Source of the DNA: Phoronis australis
Lineage: Eukaryota > Animalia > Phoronida
Direction of reading: 5' to 3'
NCBI GenBank assembly: GCA_002633005.1
Contig: NMRA01000405.1
Coordinates: forward strand, 146,702 to 210,701
Length of the DNA stretch: 64,000 nt
Positions 63,610 to 64,000 of the stretch are shown piece by piece. The notes beneath the pieces are model-generated. The model was not told the DNA's origin. It saw only the letters and a program-made list of their open reading frames with translations, and made no database searches. The first letter of the stretch is position 1. Each line of letters starts with the position of its first letter. The position numbers were made by a program, and so were the translations under genes.

Positions 63610-64000
63610 TAGTATACAGCTTTACACCAAGGCTACATAATCCGTAGAAATGCCACAACGTACCTGCAACAACGCTACAACAGGCTTATTCGCCGGAGAT
63701 GTCATCAACGGTGGCACTTTTAACATCTTCGTGAAAGCAGACGACGTGTAGGCTACGCACTCCGGTCAATGACCTAGTTTCATGAATGAGCTTAGCTCTA
63801 CCGGATGAGGATTTTACAATGTTATAAACATTCTTGTTATTTATTTATTTTCGAAATATGATACACGTTCAGTGCACTTTATCTGTCGTTTTCACACTTT
63901 TTATCAATTTCAAGTAATAAACCGTTACATTTAAAAGTGTTTTCTTTTACTACATGTATATTAAGTTAGCAACATAATGCTCACGTCCATACAAAACAGG
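63610..64000 (+). mobile_element. Crypton-like (DUF3504 tyrosine-recombinase family) non-autonomous remnant, runs off the window
   Basis: 63650-63751 encodes ...GLFAGDVINGGTFNIFV...*, resembling the C-terminal LFxGxxIxGGTFNI motif of Crypton/DUF3504 proteins. It is followed by AATAAACCGTTA at ~63917. Confidence 0.5.

Overview
Eukaryotic, intron-rich, AT-rich animal DNA; a marine invertebrate/lophotrochozoan source is my inference, not something the sequence proves. Two conserved genes can be rebuilt exon by exon with GT-AG sites and consistent phases. One is a MAP3K2/3 (MEKK2/3) kinase on + (13 coding exons, 11742-19876; the ATG-bearing first exon was not found). The other is a complete cytoplasmic methionyl-tRNA synthetase MARS1 on - (21 exons, 49337-29913, 916 aa). 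Between their 3' ends lie an intronless orphan ORF (signal peptide, 65-aa internal duplication, TM helix, coiled coil) and a decayed Gypsy element with the Gmr1-type INT-RT-RH order. Upstream of MARS1 is a 10.5-kb element bounded by 65-bp TIRs (64/65 identical). It contains a broken PHD-finger gene, other decayed exon-like blocks, a candidate spliced 94-aa ORF and a perfect 31-bp inverted promoter-like motif. The rest is MITEs (pogo-like, hAT-like with 5-bp TSDs, Harbinger-like), a tRNA-SINE, an inverted hammerhead-like Penelope remnant, a Crypton remnant and tandem repeats. All coordinates were read by eye and no database searches were run.
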